Shown here: positions 7,546-11,727 of the stretch, one piece after another | Numbering within the stretch: the stretch's first letter is position 1 | How the letters are laid out: each line of letters starts with the position of its first letter | Assembly: GCA_050049995.1 (NCBI GenBank) | Contig: JASFVE010000062.1 | Location: forward strand, 1-11,727 | DNA length: 11,727 nt | Source: Chlamydiota bacterium | GTDB taxonomy: Bacteria > Chlamydiota > Chlamydiia > Chlamydiales > SM23-39 | Reading direction: 5' to 3' | The notes under the pieces: generated by a model | Seen by the model: the letters and a program-made list of their open reading frames with translations, nothing else | Told to the model about the DNA's origin: nothing | Databases searched by the model: none | Position numbers and translations under genes: made by a program

Positions 7546-8004
7546 TTACTCCTTTGTGTTTAACTTGTTAAAAGGGAAATGCATGTCTCCCTTTGATTGT
7601 TTTAAAAAACTTTTTATTTTATCCCTTTCAGGGCATTGGTTATTTTGACACTCAATAAAAGGAGGTACTTCCAGTAAGATTTCCTCTCTTAAAACTTCAG
7701 AAAAATCAAAAATCATATTTTTAATATTTACTAACTCTTCTGTATGATAAAACGATTCAAGTAATATTTTATGCAAGCTTCTTTTAGAGCAAATTTTACA
7801 AGGCATTTCAGCTAATGTCTCTACTTTTAACTGAAGAATCAAATGATCCTTTAGTACATAAGCCTTACCTTGAATTTTCACAAGATGAGGAAAACTGAGT
7901 TCAGCTTCCTGTACATCTAAAAAATCAGGGGAAAAGCTTCCTGTAATATCTTGCTCATGACCATCTTTTAGACGGTCAATATAAATTTTAAAGTCGTCTA
8001 TCAT
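7546..8004 (-). CDS. yceD: YceD/DUF177 family protein (large ribosomal subunit accumulation)
   Basis: 152 aa immediately upstream of rpmF. It has CKIC, the DFSEVLREEILLEVP motif, the C-terminal Cys pair ECQNNQC, and a terminal PF. Confidence 0.88.
   Translation of the reverse strand: MIDDFKIYIDRLKDGHEQDITGSFSPDFLDVQEAELSFPHLVKIQGKAYVLKDHLILQLKVETLAEMPCKICSKRSLHKILLESFYHTEELVNIKNMIFDFSEVLREEILLEVPPFIECQNNQCPERDKIKSFLKQSKGDMHFPFNKLNTKE
7549..7554 (-). promoter_or_regulatory. Shine-Dalgarno site of rpmF
   Basis: The minus strand reads AAGGAG-TAAGTC-ATG. The SD abuts the yceD stop codon. Confidence 0.8.
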
Positions 8005-8060
8005 AATATTGCTGAAATTTTATTATAAAATGCGTTTAAAATCTAGCTTTAGAAAAAGCT

Positions 8061-9203
8061 TTAGTTAAATGCTATGCAGATTTTTTTTGAAATCTCATGA
8101 CTAGGGTCATTATTTAACATTTGTTTAGCTAGTTGATCACAATGATGCACAATACTTTCTCTAGTAGCCGCGTCTAAGTATAGCAAATCCATCCAATAAA
8201 ATAGTTTATTGGGGGTTAAGTTAGGGCCAAATAATTCAGGGAAAATAAATTTTTGACAAAGAATATTGACGATACAGAAAAATGGTAAGTCAATTTTTAA
8301 AATTTTTTGTGCGATCATTAAATCTATCATTTTAATGGCAAAGGTTACAACGGTTGGGACTTTGTGAAGAGCCAACTCTAAAGTAACAGTCCCTGAGGTT
8401 GCTACCGCGAAATGACAGTTTTTCATTAGGTCATAGTTCTCTTCTTCTGTTGCATATTGATATTTTTCTAATCCAGATTGTTGGATAATCTTATCAATGA
8501 ATGGTTTTTTATCCTCTGAGCCAATGGAAATTATAGGAGTGATATTAGGGTGCTTGGCTAATAGCTGCTTGGTGATCGCTAACTGAAGAGGTAAATTACG
8601 AAACAGTTCTTTAGTTCTACTACCAGGAAAAATACCTAATATGTGTTTTTTCTGAAAAAATACAGGATTATATGGATAGTTGGCTATTTTATAAGCAAGT
8701 GGATGACCTACATAATCAGTTGTAAATTTTGCTTCAGTGAAGAGATCTTTTTCAAAAGGAAATATGGTAAATAAATGATCTATTCCTTGATTCATTATAT
8801 TTACTCTATTTTTAGCCCAAGCCCAGACAGTTGGGCAAATGTGATGGAAAACCTTTCCTTTGAATTTCTTGCGCTTTAAAGCCCTTTCTAATCTAAGGTT
8901 AAATTCGGGGTAATCAATGAATAAAACTGCTTTTGGATTAAGTCTTAAAATCATTTTTTTTAAATAAAAAAAACGAAAAATGATTTTAGGCATTGCCATT
9001 AAGACATCAATGAATCCCATCACAAGTAGTTTTTCCATAGGCATTAAGCATTTGATAGGCAGTTTTCTTAATTTAGGACCTAATACGCCTGCTACATTAA
9101 GAGATGGTGTCTTCTTTAATAAAGAAGAGATAATTTCAGCACCTTGTTTATCTGCACTTGGTTCTGCGGCAACAATAAATAAATCTAAATTTTTAAAAGG
9201 CAC
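8061..9203 (-). CDS. lpxB: Lipid-A-disaccharide synthase
   Basis: 380 aa with a GTG start. Motifs: AAEPSAD (AGExSGD-like), VMGF, IDYPEFN, PTVWAW, IFPFE, YVGHPL, FPGSR, SGTVTLE and PEL. The start overlaps the upstream hydrolase gene by 19 nt. Confidence 0.95.
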   Translation of the reverse strand: MPFKNLDLFIVAAEPSADKQGAEIISSLLKKTPSLNVAGVLGPKLRKLPIKCLMPMEKLLVMGFIDVLMAMPKIIFRFFYLKKMILRLNPKAVLFIDYPEFNLRLERALKRKKFKGKVFHHICPTVWAWAKNRVNIMNQGIDHLFTIFPFEKDLFTEAKFTTDYVGHPLAYKIANYPYNPVFFQKKHILGIFPGSRTKELFRNLPLQLAITKQLLAKHPNITPIISIGSEDKKPFIDKIIQQSGLEKYQYATEEENYDLMKNCHFAVATSGTVTLELALHKVPTVVTFAIKMIDLMIAQKILKIDLPFFCIVNILCQKFIFPELFGPNLTPNKLFYWMDLLYLDAATRESIVHHCDQLAKQMLNNDPSHEISKKICIAFN

Positions 9204-9964
9204 TCTACTAACCAGTTTGCTCCACTTTTAAATATATGCGGGGGTGTTCCATGACCCTGATGTCCAATAGAAGGACTTAACACCATTTCAATTTGAGGAG
9301 ATCGGATTTTGTTTTCAAAAGCTCTATGAGATAAAGCTTCAATAAAGTCAAAGCAGTTTCTAGTACCTACTCTGACATCTCTATTTCCAATATAGGCCTT
9401 TATATGTCGATCGTAGATATGGTCTACTACTGTAAAGGCATTTGCCTTTTTAACAAGAGAGTTGTCTTGAATTTTTTCAAACTCTTTAGCTTTTGCTAAA
9501 ATTGTTACAGGGGCAAATAGAAGAATAAATCTAGCTCTCTTTTCTTCCGCCGCTATTAAGCTAGCTACTAGGCCTCCTCTTGAAAGCCCGGCAAGTGCAA
9601 TAGTATCTTCTGAGGTCAATTTTTGCTCTATGACATAAGAAATAGCCTGCTTTGCCTGCTCTATAAATTCAGATAAAATATCTCTTTGGTGAGTCATGTC
9701 ATCTGCCCAAACAGAAAGGGCATTTTGAGGGGGGAGGTTCGCTTCATGAGCAGGTAGTGTTAAAGAAAAAACTCTAATTGGATGATCACTTAAAAACTGA
9801 ACGGGTTGATTAAAAGGATCTAAACACAAACTGTCTTCTCCCGATAAAGCAAAATAAAACACAGCTGGCATAGGACCTTTATCTAAACTCGGTCCAGTAT
9901 GATACAGAGTGATTCCGGGGGCTACTTCAAGGGCGCTGCAGATTAACTTTTTTGGAACGAGCAT
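9185..9964 (-). CDS. Alpha/beta-fold serine hydrolase (esterase / dienelactone hydrolase / S9-like), substrate unknown
   Basis: 259 aa. Nucleophile elbow AGLSRGG (GxSxG at 9575-9589), candidate acid in GNRDVRV and candidate His in GHQGHG, in canonical Ser-Asp-His order. No signal peptide is evident. Confidence 0.85.
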   Translation of the reverse strand: MLVPKKLICSALEVAPGITLYHTGPSLDKGPMPAVFYFALSGEDSLCLDPFNQPVQFLSDHPIRVFSLTLPAHEANLPPQNALSVWADDMTHQRDILSEFIEQAKQAISYVIEQKLTSEDTIALAGLSRGGLVASLIAAEEKRARFILLFAPVTILAKAKEFEKIQDNSLVKKANAFTVVDHIYDRHIKAYIGNRDVRVGTRNCFDFIEALSHRAFENKIRSPQIEMVLSPSIGHQGHGTPPHIFKSGANWLVECLLKI

Positions 9965-11162
9965 GAGGCTTACCTTTTTTATACTGAAACATAGCTTCGC
10001 TCCATTCAGTATAGCTTTTTAAGTGTTCAGGTTCAACAGTTACACGTAGTTTGAAAAATTTTAAACCCAGCGAGAAAAATGGGTCTCTAGGAATTCTTAA
10101 TCGCTTCACTTGCTTTTTTTGCAGAGGGGTAAATCGAAATTGTGAAGTTAGAATAGAGACCATAATGGCTTTCATTTTTTTAGGGATATGAAAAAAGGGA
10201 TGAAAAACATTGTGGATCAACTCAGTTGAGGTTTTTGCTATATGGCCTAAATGCAATTGTTTTTGGTTATCTTTGATACTCATCATTATTTGCTGGTGTA
10301 AAATAGGAAAGAGCAAACAGCATAATAAAACTGGTCGTTCTAATGACTTAGTTAAATCTTGCCAAGATTTATTATCCACTTCGTCTAAATAGGAAAATAT
10401 TTGAGTATGAATAGAAGGCTGCTGCAAGTGCTTTGCTAAGTTTTTAAGAAGCAGCTCTAAAAGTCCATAGTCATAAAGATATCGAAAAAATGGGCTAGAA
10501 GACCCTGACTCTAACATTCTAAGGAGCTCTTCTAAAATTCTAGCCTGAGAGCTCTTTATGATCTCTTCTTTGCATTCATAAAGAGCCTCCATAGAAAGAG
10601 GGTCTACTATAAAGTCAAATCTTGCTTTAAACTTTAAAAGCCGAATCATTCTCACAGGATCTTGCCTAAATCGAGTCTCTGCTTTTCCGATGGTTCTTAA
10701 AGTTTTTCCCTTAGCGTCTTCTACACCACCAACATAGTCGATGACAGTTTCATTTTCAGGATCGTAATAAAGCCCATTGATGGTGAAATCTCTTCGGAGA
10801 ACGTCCTCTTCCGCGCTTCCCCAGGCATTATCCCTTAAAATTAAGTCTTCTTTTGTAGGGTCACCTGATCGGAAAGTAGATACTTCTAAAAGTTTTTTAC
10901 CAAAGCGTATGTGGGCAAGCCTGAAGCGTTTTCCTATTAGCAGGCAGTTCCGAAATAAACTTTTGATTTCCTCTGGCCTTGCTGAAGTAGAGATGTCAAA
11001 GTCTTTAGGCTTTCTGTTTAATAAAAGGTCTCGAACACTTCCTCCCACTAAGTAAGCCTCAAAGCCTGCCTGTCTTAACTTTTGAATGACGTAATACGCA
11101 TGTCTATCAATTTTTTTGACAGGGATTTGATGTTCTTGAAAAGTATAAATTTTAGGTTGCAC
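9927..11162 (-). CDS. pcnB: Poly(A) polymerase I (class II nucleotidyltransferase)
   Basis: 411 aa. Motifs VGGSVRD, KDFD, EVSTFR, RRDFTINGL and QDPVRMIR. It also has the PAP-specific signature LIGKRFRLAHI, which separates PAP I from CCA-adding enzymes. GTG start, with an in-frame TGA three codons upstream. Confidence 0.92.
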   Translation of the reverse strand: MQPKIYTFQEHQIPVKKIDRHAYYVIQKLRQAGFEAYLVGGSVRDLLLNRKPKDFDISTSARPEEIKSLFRNCLLIGKRFRLAHIRFGKKLLEVSTFRSGDPTKEDLILRDNAWGSAEEDVLRRDFTINGLYYDPENETVIDYVGGVEDAKGKTLRTIGKAETRFRQDPVRMIRLLKFKARFDFIVDPLSMEALYECKEEIIKSSQARILEELLRMLESGSSSPFFRYLYDYGLLELLLKNLAKHLQQPSIHTQIFSYLDEVDNKSWQDLTKSLERPVLLCCLLFPILHQQIMMSIKDNQKQLHLGHIAKTSTELIHNVFHPFFHIPKKMKAIMVSILTSQFRFTPLQKKQVKRLRIPRDPFFSLGLKFFKLRVTVEPEHLKSYTEWSEAMFQYKKGKPHARSKKVNLQRP

Positions 11163-11194
11163 TGAATGTCATTTACTAGATATTTCAAATGAGG

Positions 11195-11224
11195 ATCGTA
11201 AGCGAATGAAAAGGATAAAGTCAA
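11195..11224 (-). promoter_or_regulatory. Putative sigma70/sigma66 promoter of the pcnB-hydrolase-lpxB unit
   Basis: Minus strand TTGACT (11224-11219), N18, TACGAT (11200-11195), about 30 nt upstream of the pcnB GTG. Confidence 0.55.
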
Positions 11225-11328
11225 GATGGATTAGATAATTATTTATGAAGAAAAGTTTATTTTTTATTGAAAAAATAAATTAAAGCTTATTCTTGAACCT
11301 TTATATTTTATCTTATATTAAAAAAAAT

Positions 11329-11727
11329 ATGAGAGGAAAAACATTTCAGACATGGCTAGTAATAATTACAATTCTAGCTGTTGTAACAGTCGTTTCGGTG
11401 ATAATTACCGATCAAGTTCTGAAAAAGGAAGAAAATAAGATTCCTTGTTTGGATAACCCAACTATCGGTAACCCGTCTGCTAAAGTTCACTTGATTCTTT
11501 TCGAAGATGTGAGTTGCTATAATTGCCAGGTGTTTATTCGGTCAATTTTTCCTACTATCAAAGAAAAATACATTGATACAGGAAAAGCAAAAATTACATT
11601 TATTCCATTAGCTTTTCTAAAAGGGTCTAATGTGCCTTCAAATGCTGAACTTTGTGTTTATAATATCAGTCCCGATCACTACTACAGTTTTGCTCAAAAG
11701 TTGCATAGCTCTGAAGATCAAGACATT
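11329..11727 (+). CDS. dsbA: DsbA-family thiol-disulfide oxidoreductase with an N-terminal membrane anchor (partial, runs off the window end)
   Basis: Hand translation, not in the ORF track, open for 133 codons to the window end: MRGKTFQTWLVIITILAVVTVVSVII...NPTIGNPSAKVHLILFEDVSCYNCQVFIRSIFPTIKEKYIDTGKAKITFIPLAF. The PTIG.P.A, FED..CxxC and KYIDTGK pattern is typical of DsbA/BdbD-like proteins. Confidence 0.88.
   Translation, partial: MRGKTFQTWLVIITILAVVTVVSVIITDQVLKKEENKIPCLDNPTIGNPSAKVHLILFEDVSCYNCQVFIRSIFPTIKEKYIDTGKAKITFIPLAFLKGSNVPSNAELCVYNISPDHYYSFAQKLHSSEDQDI

Noticed and set aside
8980..9231. 83-aa plus-strand ORF
   Set aside because: Antisense to conserved lpxB and hydrolase sequence.
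10210..10392. 60-aa plus-strand ORF
   Set aside because: Antisense shadow within pcnB.
10777..11055. 92-aa plus-strand ORF
   Set aside because: Mirrors the conserved catalytic head of pcnB on the opposite strand; a typical antisense open frame.
9927..11162. Alternative call as CCA-adding tRNA nucleotidyltransferase
   Set aside because: The PAP I signature LIGKRFRLAHI is present, which favours poly(A) polymerase.
1..11727. CRISPR array, IS/transposase, prophage, defence system, tRNA/rRNA or phase-variable homopolymers
   Set aside because: No spaced direct repeats, terminal inverted repeats, cloverleafs or related protein motifs were seen. A/T runs are frequent but all reading frames are intact.

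Overview
AT-rich, gene-dense housekeeping locus, most likely from a member of the phylum Chlamydiota. This assignment is inferred from a plastid-type glycerol-3-phosphate acyltransferase, a Ptr-like M16 protease and the gene neighbourhood. A single co-directional minus-strand run of nine genes covers 771-11162: pcnB (poly(A) polymerase), an uncharacterised alpha/beta hydrolase, lpxB, yceD, rpmF (L32, missing from the ORF track), plsX, an RNase E/G gene, plant-type plsB/GPAT and a ptr-like insulinase. Many of these genes overlap. On the left is a convergent orphan 210-aa gene with a Lys/Pro repeat and hydrophobic hairpin, a possible secreted effector or Inc-like protein. On the right is a divergent DsbA-like gene with a CYNC active site, truncated by the window edge and also missing from the ORF track. 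I found no mobile elements, CRISPR arrays, tRNAs or rRNAs, and no clearly new multi-gene system. The best leads are the orphan gene, the hydrolase overlapping both pcnB and lpxB, the structured leader of the RNase E/G gene, and the joining of RNA-decay and lipid-synthesis genes in one run.
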